The notes under the pieces are model-generated. The model was given only the letters and a program-made list of their open reading frames with translations, did not search any database and was not told the origin of the DNA. A stretch of 46,091 bases of DNA from Chiloscyllium plagiosum (lineage: Eukaryota), in NCBI RefSeq assembly GCF_004010195.1, contig NC_057752.1, positions 12,435,925 through 12,482,015 on the forward strand, written 5' to 3'. Shown here piece by piece: positions 35,438 to 46,091 of the stretch. The stretch's first letter is position 1, and every line of letters begins with the position of its first letter. The translations under genes and the position numbers were made by a program.

Positions 35438-35945
35438 TCTACTGCCCTTGTCCTTCTAGACAGACGTGGCCGTGTGCTGGGAAGATCTGAGGATATTTGG
35501 TGAATCATTTCAGTACAGCTTGTAGATAGTAAAACACTGCTACTGCTGAGTGTTGATGGTGGAGCATTGTGGATGAAGTGACAGACAAACTGGTTGCAAT
35601 GTCCAGGATGGTATCAAGCTTCTTGAGTGTTGTTGGGGATGCACTCATCCAGGCAAATGGGGAGTATCCTACCACACTTATGACTTATGCATTGTAGTTG
35701 ATGGACAGGCTTTTGGAAGTCAGGATGTGAGTTACTCGCCGCAGTAGTCATAGGTTCGGATCTGCTCTTGTAGTTACTGTGTTTATGTGGCGAGTCCAGT
35801 GAGTTTCTGAGCAATGATTACCCCCCAGGAGTTTGATACTGGGGGATTCAGTGATGGTAACACCATTGAATGCCAAGGGTCCGTGGTTAGATTGCATTTT
35901 ATTGGTGATGGTCATGGTCTGATATTTGTGTGGCGTCAACATTAC
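35190..35945 (-). mobile_element. 3' end (ORF C-terminus and 3' UTR) of the second CR1-clade family; tail also duplicated at 34850-35100
   Basis: FNGVTITESPSIKLLG, HWTRHINTVTTRA, TTLKKLDTI-like. Confidence 0.75.
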
Positions 35946-36044
35946 TAGAATCGGACAGATGGCAGGAAACAGTGAATAGAAATAAACAGACTCGTCAAGC
36001 AATAGCCTGACATTGTCTGTAAGGTATGATCCTGTGAGTATGAC

Positions 36045-36425
36045 TATGTCCCAGACAACCCATCATCTTCCCCGGATATCCCCTGCCTCACCAGCAGGAC
36101 AGACACAGCAGAAGTGGCGGCGCAGTGGGATACAATTGGAAGGGAATTGCTCTGGTAGTCCTCAACAGTGACTCCGTATCCCACGAAGTCTTATGGTGTT
36201 AGTTTACACATGGGAAAGAAAACCTCCTGCTGATTACCATGTACGAGCCTCTCTTAACTAATGAGTCAGTACTCCTCCATGCTGAACAACACTTGGAGGA
36301 AGCAACATGTACTCTGGGTGGGGGATTCCAATGTCCATCACCAAGTGTGGCTCAGCTGTAGCATTACTGATCGAACTGGTCGGGTTCTAAAGAATATAAC
36401 TGCTAGGCTAGGTCTGCCGCAGTTG
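36045..36425 (+). mobile_element. APE endonuclease fragment of the second CR1-clade family
   Basis: QQDRHSRSGGAVGY, LLLITMYEP, VLWVGDSNVHH. Confidence 0.75.
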
Positions 36426-36859
36426 CTCCTCGTCCATATTCAGCGTTTCGACCGTGTTACACAGTAATGGGGGAGCACTGTGTATCAAACAAGAAGCAGT
36501 TCCTCCAGATAAATCAGTCTTAATCAGTTTTACAGAATGTCACCAGTGGAGTCACACAGTGACCTGTGCTGGGTCCTCAACTGTTTACAATCGATATCAA
36601 TGATCAGGACGATAGAACAGATATACAAATACTGAGTTTGGTGATATCGCTGGGATAAGGACGAGATTAAATTATCAAGAGACGGTGGAGAGTCTGAAAA
36701 TAGATACAGAGAGATAAAAGCAATGGGTAATAGTTTGAGAGGTGCAATATAACATAATATAACCTGGCATTTCATTTACAGGAATAATAGAAAGCAGTAT
36801 GTTACTGAAATGGAGAGGGATTACAGGACTGAATCATACTGTGTACTGGAGGTTTATTT

Positions 36860-37480
36860 AGACCCGTTCAGACATGGGAGGTTTTGTCCATCCCTTATCG
36901 TCTGCTACCAGACACTCCAAGTGACCCCATTGCTCTCCGTCCACATGGAATATTTTGATGTGATTGGTTGGTGGTGGGGATGGTGTTTTGAAACGTGCAT
37001 CAAGGGGACGGCCTTTATCCAATATACATTCATTCCTTTCTACATGGAGACCCGAAGACGATGGGAATTGCTGCCTGCTTCTGAATGAAGAAACTGTGGC
37101 TGCTGTCAGGACAGGGGTATTCACCAACATGATGCACTGTGCATGGACACACCATAACATTCATAGAGTGAGATCTCCTTCAGTTCCCCTATCTCTCCCC
37201 ATTGACATGGCTACTCCGCAGATGCCATGTGCACCATCAGGATAGCAGCAGCTCCCTGCTGAGGGAGAAACATTATATTTACCTCATCCACTATTTTTAT
37301 CCTCTGTCTCCGAATGGTGACATTGATGTTGAGATACTGGGAGATGATGGACATGTCACACAGTCCTGCCTGGAAAGGTCAGGATCATCGACGCTGAATG
37401 GAACATGACCCTAACAATCACTGACAGCACTATCCTCCCTCTGGTGTGAAGCTGCAGGCCATGTTGAAGGAGGTAACACT
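36860..37480 (-). pseudogene. PIF/Harbinger transposase fossil
   Basis: Across frameshifts the minus strand reads FQAGLCDMSIISQY..QGAA..N*RRSHSMNV..QCIMLVN..PDSSHSFFIQKQAAIP..ILDKGRPLDARFKTP. Homologous to the copy at 21860-22150. Confidence 0.75.
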
Positions 37481-40214
37481 GATCTGTGACCAGCTCCTTG
37501 TTCAATCAGTGTCCCCTCACACTCTGCTCCTGGGTTAAGTGTCCCTTAGGAAGCTGGTCTTGGAAATCCCAGAGTGCATACAGCAAATCCCTTTCCCCAC
37601 ACACACTCACTCCGTGGTTTCAGACCTTCCCCTCTCTGCAGCCTCTGCTCCATTTAGTGTTCATGTTACAGACCCAGATGCTGTAACTGCAGTTTCCATG
37701 GTCCATCCAAAGTTGGGTCACCAAATCCTCAGGTCTCTCTGAATGTCTGAGGCAGCTCACAGCACAACCTCCAGCAAATCATCCCCAGCCCCTCCACTAA
37801 CTTTTCAACAACAGGAGTCATTCAGAAAACCCTCAGCCAGAAGTGTTGTGGACCAGACCAGTTCCCCGCAAAATATTTTAAGAAAGCCGCTTAGACCCAA
37901 ACCTTTCCTTATTTTACAAATAGATGTGAAGTGTGCCTTACAGATATGTTGTGACTGGTCAAACCATCGACATTAAGCAAAATATAATCTATTCAAATGG
38001 TTTAGTTAGAATACAATCAAAGAAATGAACATTTTTGGATAGCTTATATGTGAGAACAGTTAAACAAACAATATATACCGTACTTTCTTAGTATACACAG
38101 TTTGGCACAAAGATACATTCAAATACAGATTCTTACATGCAGTGTTCCGATCCAGGAGAAATCAACATCACAGAGATCTCAGAGAGAAAGGCAGCTGGGG
38201 ATCATGTATTGAAACTTCCAAACCTTCTTGGACCCAAACAGCTTCTGAATGCTGCAGCTAAAAGCAAAATGAGAAAACCTGGTCTGGGAGAGCTGGCCAC
38301 TGCCCTTCCATTGTTCCCAGCGTTTTAATAAAACCTAAAGGTCTCCTCAGTTACTTACTTAAACTGTTTTCAGTTCTTCACCGCTGCCTTTAAAACCAAT
38401 CTTCAAAAAACCCAAGAGTAAATAACCTTTTTATAGTGATAGTATCCTCACAACTCCACCTTTAATAAAATGATCCATCAATTTACAAAGTTGGATTTAC
38501 TTTAGACCTCCTAATCTTCCTCTATTAGCAGACTGCGATGCATAAACATTACATTGACTCTGACCATATAAATGTTCACAACTAGATTCGATTTTTGTCA
38601 TTTTACTCCTGCCACAGAATGCCTTTGCCTTTCTTCATCCAAGTCTCCACATCGTGTCAAAACTTAGGTTTTTTCGCCCTGTCAACTGTATAATTTCAAA
38701 TTGAATGGCGAAATAATAAGCTCAATCAAAACAGACTGGTATGTTTCTCCCTAAACTTCTCCAAAAACTTTAAGTGGTCACAATCAGTGATAAAGATTTG
38801 TTTCAGGTACGTTATTCGCAATTTAAATTCTGAAATGTTGTAACGCCAACACCAAGCTCAAGGCCTCCTTCCCCATTGTGGAATAAATCTGTTGATGTTT
38901 CCACCGGACGCTCCAACCACACGTTACATAATGGAGTACTTCTCATCTCTCCAACAGTCCTTCTGAAAGACATAGCTCCTCATGCCTCAGCATAAAAGAA
39001 TTACATCCTTCTATACCTCTTAATGTTGTAACCTCTTTACCTGCTACTCCTGGCCTATGCCAGTAAACCTTACTTTCACAGATACATGTTTTAAGAAGAT
39101 CTCGCACATTCTTCTCAAACTCTCAAAGAAACCAAACTTCGATTTCTGAACTCAATTATCATCATCAGCCATTTCAGCTTCTCATCTTGCCATTTTAACG
39201 ATCTGCTATTCCACACGAGTTCTCACGCCTGCAGGAAGTGAATTGTTGAACTTCTCCAAAATAACAATCTCTCTAAGAGCATCATAGTTTTGCTCTGTTT
39301 ATAATACCCTTATCCACATTTCAAAATTATTTTGTTTGATCCTTTCAAACTCAATGTACGTTGAACCAGGGACACTATTTTAGGATCCTGAAACAGTGTC
39401 TGTTGGCTTCTGGCACATGGTCATATACGCTTCAGAAGGCTTTCTCCACCTCCTCATACTGACCAGATACCTCCTCTGATAGGGATGCAAATACCTATCA
39501 GCTTCGTTTGAATCAACTAAATCCACATGGTCACTGGCTGCTGCATTTGTTTAACCACCTTCTGAAATGAAATTAAAAAGGCTCCCCCATCCTTCTCATC
39601 AAATTTAGATAATGCCTGGATGTATTTAAACAGAACCCCATCAGGCTCTTTGCTACTATAGGGTTGCTCATTCTGACTATCCTCCTCATCCAGCCTACCG
39701 TCTACCTTCATCGCCACCTTCTATGTCAACTTTCCTCTCTAATTACTAACTTTTGAAGTTGAAACTCTGCTTTTCTTCTCTCTTTTTTCTCTCTTTCTTC
39801 TTCATTTCCTTTTCTTTTATTTCTGCTTTTGATCATAATTCAAACTGTTTCGATTCCTTCTCATGTTCATTTGAAATTGAGTTCTAGCCGTTTCCAAAGA
39901 TTCTGATGGCAGTTCCATCAAATGTATTTGCCGAGCTATAGCTGTAATTATCTCTCACTTTCTCACGGACAAACGCAACCCCAACTCCAGCTTGTCTGCC
40001 AATTCCAACAGCTTGCCTTCATTACCTTTTGCAAAACCCCCAACTTTACTTCTACCACATCCAGAAAGCTCTTAATGACTGTAAGAATATTTATACACGA
40101 AACACTACTCAAACCAACCGAATTCAACATCCGGAACCAAAGATACTAATAACTACCATACGCGAACTTTGAACCCAATAGTCTCCCAGTGCATACTCTC
40201 CAGTGTCTGCATGA

Positions 40215-40445
40215 GATTAATCTGGATTCTCTGGTTTTCTCCCACAATCCAAAGATGTGCATGTCAGGTTAATTGGCCATGCTAAATTGCTCGTAGTTTT
40301 CAGGGATGTGTGGGTTAGGTGCCTTGGGGTAAATGTGTAATAATAGGGTAGAGGAATGGGTCTGGGTATGGTACTCCTCGAAGGGTCGGTATCGACTTGT
40401 TGGGTCGAATGGCCTGTTTGCACACTGGAGGGATTGTAATTCTAA
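40215..40445 (+). mobile_element. HE1-type SINE, 3' part
   Basis: GGTTTTCTCCCACAATCCAAAGATGTGCA..TTGGCCATGCTAAATTGC..GGCCTGTTTGCACACTG. Confidence 0.85.
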
Positions 40446-40776
40446 ACCCAATTTGGTGTTATCGATTTAGAACCAGACAAGAGACCGCAGTTTGCAATAG
40501 ACCAACCAGACTGCCTCAAACTATTTTAAGAAGGTAGCTTGGATGCCAACCTTTTCTTAATTTAAAGTTAGATGGGAAGTGGGTGTTCCAGATGTGATTT
40601 TACTAGTCAAACCACTCACCATAATGCAAAACACAATATGGTTAAACACTCTAATGAAATTCCATACAAAATGAAGAGGAATTTGGATTAACTTATCTAT
40701 TGGAAATCTTACAGGAATGATGGATACAGTACCTTCTTCAAATGAACTGTTCCAATATACTAACATCACCTAAACC

Positions 40777-41085
40777 CAGTGTGGTTAGCACTGTTGCCTC
40801 ACAGCACCAGAGACCCGGGTTCAATTTCCACCTCAGGCGACTGACTGTGTGGAGTTTGCATGTTCTCCCCGTGTCCGCGTGGGGTTTCTTTGGGTGCTCC
40901 GATTTCCTCCCACAGTCCAAAAATGTGCAGGTTAGGTGAATTGGCCATGCTAAATTGCCCGTAGTGTTAGGCGAAGGGGTAAATGTAGGGGAATGGGTCA
41001 GGGTGGTTTGCGCTTCAGCGGGTCAGTTTGCACTTGTTGTGTCGAAGGGCCTGTTTCCACACTGTAAGTAATCCAATCTAATCTA
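40777..41085 (+). mobile_element. HE1-type SINE inserted in an LTR
   Basis: GTGGTTAGCACTGTTGCCTCACAGCACCAG, box B GGTTCAATTTCC, and a (CTAAT)n-like tail. Confidence 0.9.
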
Positions 41086-41667
41086 AACACCCCTTGTCAA
41101 AAAAGGAACATTCAGACATACATTCTTGCATACAGTTGTCCAATCGAGTAGGAAACAGTATCAAGTGAGATTTCAGCGAGACTAGCATCGACGGATAACT
41201 TATTAAAACTGCCAACCCTTCTGTGTTCATGAGAGACTGAGAGAGAGTGTGTGTGTGCGCGATACGCGTGGTTAAATGCGAAGCTCATTGTTTCAGAAGG
41301 AACGCACATGGAGGAAACTATTTTAAATACGAACAACAGGCAGGCTTCTTGTTAATCAACAGAGAGAACGAGGGAGGCTTCATGGACAGATGAGGTAAAT
41401 TGTTTGAGAATGTTAAAAAAAAGGCATTGCCAGACATAATAGCAATATACATCGGCGTGCACATGAATGACAGATGGATGAGGGTTTGGTGTGAATTCGA
41501 ATCAGATTTGCTTCNNNNNNNNNNNNNNNNNNNNNNNNNNNNNNNNNNNNNNNNNNNNNNNNNNNNNNNNNNNNNNNNNNAGTGGCAAGAAGTGTGGACT
41601 ATATGAAAGAACAATACTACAGTCATAATTGGTTTATACAAATCAAACTCTGGACAGTGACGCTTGC

Positions 41668-41925
41668 CAGGAACACCAACGATAGCCAGGAAGGGAAAAT
41701 AATAGTATTGAATAATGAGAACAACGTAATAGATCTGCGATGATACTGATAAAAAATCAAATGCAGAATGATACCAAACATAATCGGATAAGCGCCTGTC
41801 GATTGTTGGAATATTCAGTCTAATATTCTCAGATTCTGATCCATTGCTGAAACATTCCAGTCTAATGTTCTCAGATTCTAATCCATTGTTGGAATATTCC
41901 TGTCTACCGTTCTCAGATTCTGATC
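41668..41925 (-). pseudogene. Disabled exon 1 of a GPR139/GPR142-like class A GPCR
   Basis: Minus strand reads DQNLRTVDRNIPTMD*NLRTLDWNVSAMDQNLRILD/fs/NIPTIDRRLSDYVWYHSAFDFLSVSSQIYYVVLIIQYYYFPFLAIVGVP, then G|GCAAGC. The TM1 motif YYPxLAxxGxP ends at a phase-1 junction, as in GPR139. Lesions: TAG at 41878-41880, a 1-bp deletion near 41816 and a GC donor. Confidence 0.8.
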
Positions 41926-42037
41926 TCTCGTCCCCTTTCTCTGGAGCTGCTGATCCCTGTCAGTGCTGTCGGTGATGCTCCCGCTTATGTTTGGGATAAC
42001 ACATTGAACGTAGCCCATTTAAATTAAAAGATGGAAA

Positions 42038-42057
42038 CCCTCCACTGGGATAATTAG
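42038..42057. promoter_or_regulatory. Adjacent O/E(EBF)-like and homeodomain sites upstream of the GPCR exon
   Basis: TCCACTGGGA (one mismatch to TCCCNNGGGA) is directly followed by TAATTA, about 115-130 bp upstream of the coding repeat. Confidence 0.35.
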
Positions 42058-42575
42058 AATCCATGGAGGCTGGCATTAATCACAGTCACTGAACAAATAG
42101 GCTCAGTTAACCAGTTCCATACATCACTTTTCATAATACTATAAAAGAGAACATTAACTGGGTTTGGATGGAATGGATGAGGGTTGCTGAGGGATGGATC
42201 ATAAACCTTTCAATCTTTTTAATCTTTTCTGCCTTGTATATGAGAGTATTAACAGGACACTGCAGGGATCTATATATGTTCCACTCTGTTTATGAAAAGA
42301 AGCAGTTATAAAATAACAAATCGGCTGCATAAAAAAAGTCGGGTGGGAAAGATTCGAGACACCTTAACACAAAGTACGGTACTTATTGACCAGTGTGAGG
42401 CTACTCCTGGTTTTAATGCCCTGTTATCAAATCCTTGCATAACCTTGAGACAGAGCATTGTGACTGCTGAACAGGAGCAGACCGAAGCAATTCTGTCCCT
42501 ATGGACCTATTACAGAGGGATAAGTGAAGACAATTCAGCTCATATTAGCCTGTTGCTACTTGAAAGGTGGAAAGC

Positions 42576-44976
42576 TGGAATATTGGCACATTTTGTCAAC
42601 AGAATCATTCAGAACAAAGGGATGTGTGGCTGCAGCTGTATGAAGTGATACTGAGAGGGAACCTGGAGTACATTGTGTTGTTTGTGTTTCTGTAACTGAG
42701 AAGGAATGGGCCTCCATTAGATACAGTTTACTGGCTGCTCATAATCCACGGGTTACTGTGTCATTTAATGTCGCGGATCTGTTACACAGGGACAGGAGAA
42801 GGCCATGAAGCCTCTCGAGTGTGTTATAGAAGAACAGGAGGAGGCCAATAAGCCTCTTGAGTCTATTACAGATGGACAAGAGAGGGTTATTCAGCCTCTC
42901 CAGTCGTTTACAGAGGGACAGGAGGAGGCCATTCAGCATCTTGAGCCTGTTACAGAGGGGCAGGAAGTGTGTATTTAACATGTCAAGTCTGTTACGCCAA
43001 ATATTAGTTTTAAACTAGTTGTGGAATAGGAAAGACCTGATGTAAACATTAAAGTTCTAACTTTGACTAAGGCCAATTTTGAAAGTCTTGGCGAATCCTG
43101 TGAAAGGCTGATGGGGATACCCTATTCACATGTAAAGGGATGGTTGGAAAACGCAAGGCCATCAAAACTTGGGTTCAGAGAGTCCAGAGCCAACGTGCTC
43201 CTATTAGTGAGATGGGCAAGGCTGGTGGGTGCAGGGAGTGCTGGATGGCTAGATATATTGTTGCTCTGGTCAAGGTCAGGTAGGAGGCATATGTCAGGTA
43301 AACAGAGCTGAGAGCAAGTGAATCCCGAGAGGAGTATAAGGGCAGTTAGTGCATAGTCAATGGGGAAATCCGGCCAGAAAATTGTGTACATGAGATGGCT
43401 TGAGAAATAGAGTTAACGAGGCATTGAAGAAATTCTACAAATCCGTTAATGGCAAAATATTAACTAGGGAGAGAATAGGGCCCCCTTAAAGATCAGGAAG
43501 GCTAGCTATGTGTGGAACCACACGAGATGGGAGGGATACGAAACAAGTATTTCTCCTCAGTATTTAATGTCGAGGAGGTTACAAGAGCGAGAGAATGAAG
43601 AAATATAGTGATACCTTGAAAAGTATCTATATTAAAAGGAGATGTAGGACATTTTAAAATATATAAAGGCGAGCAAATTCCTGGGACCTGATCAGTTGTA
43701 TCCCAGAAGTATGAGGGAAACTAGGAAAGAGTTTGCTCAGCATTTTGCTGATATACCTGTATCATTGATTTCCACAGGTGATGGAATATTGGCACATTTT
43801 GTCAACAGAATCATTCAGAACAAAGGGATGTGTGGCTGCAGCTGTACGAAGTGATACTGAGAGGGAACCTGGAGTACATTGTGTTGTTTGTGTTTCTGTA
43901 ACTGAGAAGGAATGGGCCTCCATTAGATACAGTTTACTGGCTGCTCATAATCCACGGGTTGCTGTGTCATTTAATGTCTCGGATCTGTTACACAGGGACA
44001 GGAGAAGGCCATGAAGCCTCTCGAGTGTGTTATAGAAGAAAAGGAAGAGGCCAATAAGCCTCTTGAGTCTATTACAGAGGGACAGGAGAGGGTTATTCAG
44101 CCTCTCCAGTCTTTTACAGAGGGACAGGAGGAGGCCATTCAGCATCTTGAGCCTGTTACAGAGGGGCAGGAAGTGTCTATTTAACATTTCAAGTCTGTTA
44201 CGCCAAATATTAGTTTTAAACTAGTTGTGGAATAGGAAAGACCTGATGTAAACATTAAAGTTCTAACTTTGACGAAGGCCTTTTTTGAAAGACTTGGCGA
44301 ATCCTGTGAAAGGCTGATGGGGATACCCTATTCACATGTTGGAAAACGCAAGGCCATCAAAACTTGGGTTTAGAGAGTCCAGAGCCAACGTGCTCCTATT
44401 AGTGAGATGGGCAAGGCTGGTGGGTGCAGGGAGTGCTGGATGGCTAGATATATTGTTGCTCTGGTCAAGGTAAGGTAGGATGCATATGTCAGGTAAACAG
44501 ATCTGAGAGCAAGTGAATCCCGAGAGGGGTATAAGGGCAGTAAGTGCATAGTCAATGGGGAAATCCGGCGAGAAAAATGTGTACATGAGATGGCTTGAGA
44601 AATCGGGTTAACGAGGCATTGAAGAAATTCTACAAATCCGTTAATGGCAAAATATTAACTAGGGAGAGAATAGGGCCCCCTTAAAGATCAGTAAGGCTAG
44701 CTATGTGTGGAACCACACGAGATGGGAGGGATACGAAACAAGTATTTCTCTTCAGTATTTAATGTCGAGTAGGTTACAAGAGCGAGAGAATGAAGAAATA
44801 TAGTGATACCTTGAAAAGTATCTATATTAAAAGGAGATGTAGGACATTTTAAAATATATAAAGGCGAGCAAATTCCTGGGACCTGATCAGTTGTATCACA
44901 GAAGTATGAGGGAAAGTAGGAAAGAGTTTGCTCAGCATTTTGCTGATATATCTGTATCATTGATTTCCACAGGTGA
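42576..44976. repeat. Tandem duplication, about 1.2-kb unit (42576-43781 / 43782-44976)
   Basis: Direct comparison; scattered substitutions and an about 11-bp deletion in copy 2. The unit holds the 42-bp minisatellite and a CR1 fragment. Confidence 0.95.
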
Positions 44977-45084
44977 TGTGTCAAAAGACTTGGAGGGCTG
45001 CTAACATAGTGTCGTTTTTTAAGAAAGTAAGGAAAAAAAAGGTAACCCTAGATCGGTGAGCATGACGTCAATGGTGACTAAATT
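44215..45084 (+). mobile_element. CR1 fragment (EN-RT linker to RT start); duplicate at 43010-43781
   Basis: ILTRERIGPP, GPDQLY, DLEG/ANIVSF, GNPRSVSMTSMVTK (NYRPVSLTS-like). Confidence 0.8.
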
Positions 45085-45904
45085 NNNNNNNNNNNNNNNN
45101 NNNNNNNNNNNNNNNNNNNNNNNNNNNNNNNNNNNNNNNNNNNNNNNNNNNNNNNNNNNNNNNNNNNNNNNNNNNNNNNNNNNNNNNNNNNNNNNNNNNN
45201 NNNNNNNNNNNNNNNNNNNNNNNNNNNNNNNNNNNNNNNNNNNNNNNNNNNNNNNNNNNNNNNNNNNNNNNNNNNNNNNNNNNNNNNNNNNNNNNNNNNN
45301 NNNNNNNNNNNNNNNNNNNNNNNNNNNNNNNNNNNNNNNNNNNNNNNNNNNNNNNNNNNNNNNNNNNNNNNNNNNNNNNNNNNNNNNNNNNNNNNNNNNN
45401 NNNNNNNNNNNNNNNNNNNNNNNNNNNNNNNNNNNNNNNNNNNNNNNNNNNNNNNNNNNNNNNNNNNNNNNNNNNNNNNNNNNNNNNNNNNNNNNNNNNN
45501 NNNNNNNNNNNNNNNNNNNNNNNNNNNNNNNNNNNNNNNNNNNNNNNNNNNNNNNNNNNNNNNNNNNNNNNNNNNNNNNNNNNNAGCTCTGGCCAAATCC
45601 CTCTCTCATTACCCTTATTTAAGCTTGGCACAGTTGTTTCTGACCCAAGTCACTCACTCTCAAACTGAATGCCAAATGTTATGGTCGCTGTTTTCTTTTG
45701 GAATAGCCTTTGTTGTCACATATACCCAATGAGATCAGTTGCCAATTACAGTGCCATCTTAGTTATACGATTTAAACAATGCAGAAATGAAGTGTCCAGC
45801 ACGACAGAGATAGAAGGGCAGTACAGTGGACCCACACCGGCACTAAGCTTCCAGTACACACCAGGCCCTGTCTCCACACCGAGCCGGTGACATACCACTC
45901 AAGC

Positions 45905-46091
45905 AGGCTGTCACAGCAACGCTGGGAGTTGGGGAGGCTGACACACCAACACTGGGAGGCCGGGAGGCGGTCACACCAACACTGGGAGTTGGGGAGGCTG
46001 ACACACCAACACTGGGAGGCCGAGGGGCTGACACACCAACACTGGGAGGCCGGGAGGCTGTCACACCAACACTGGGAGGCCGGGAGGATGT
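45905..46091. repeat. 30-bp G-rich minisatellite extending past the window end
   Basis: At least six copies of ACTGGGAG(GCC/TTG)GGGAGGCTGWCACACCAAC. Confidence 0.9.

Larger units (their letters stand above)
37844..41215 (-). mobile_element. Degenerate, internally deleted Gypsy LTR element
   Basis: 3' LTR 37844-38452 (TGTTG..CTCACA) with PPT AAAGGTGGAGT. Gag remnant 39240-40080 (FKYIQALSKFDEKD..FLISF; ALREIVILEKFNNS). Decayed tRNA-Pro-like PBS 40473-40492. 5' LTR from 40493, truncated. Confidence 0.75.

Overview
This is eukaryotic, repeat-dominated vertebrate DNA with several N gaps. The repeat content (HE1-type SINEs, CR1 LINEs, Penelope elements, Gmr1-like Gypsy) points to a cartilaginous fish, probably a shark; that assignment is inference. 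No intact protein-coding gene is visible. Main contents: (1) a full-length dead L1 (10857-19489) inserted in a CR1 and itself interrupted by an inverted tail-to-tail Penelope element; (2) two degenerate Gypsy LTR elements and several solo or partial LTRs; (3) two Harbinger transposase fossils; (4) about eight Penelope-associated minimal hammerhead ribozyme motifs; (5) a disabled first exon of a GPR139/142-like GPCR at 41668-41925 (minus strand), missed by the ORF track, with an adjacent homeodomain plus O/E(EBF)-like motif upstream; (6) an unusually dense set of local tandem and inverted duplications; (7) a few speculative minus-strand exon candidates. Family names come from motif recognition by eye, not from database searches, and boundaries of old repeats are approximate.
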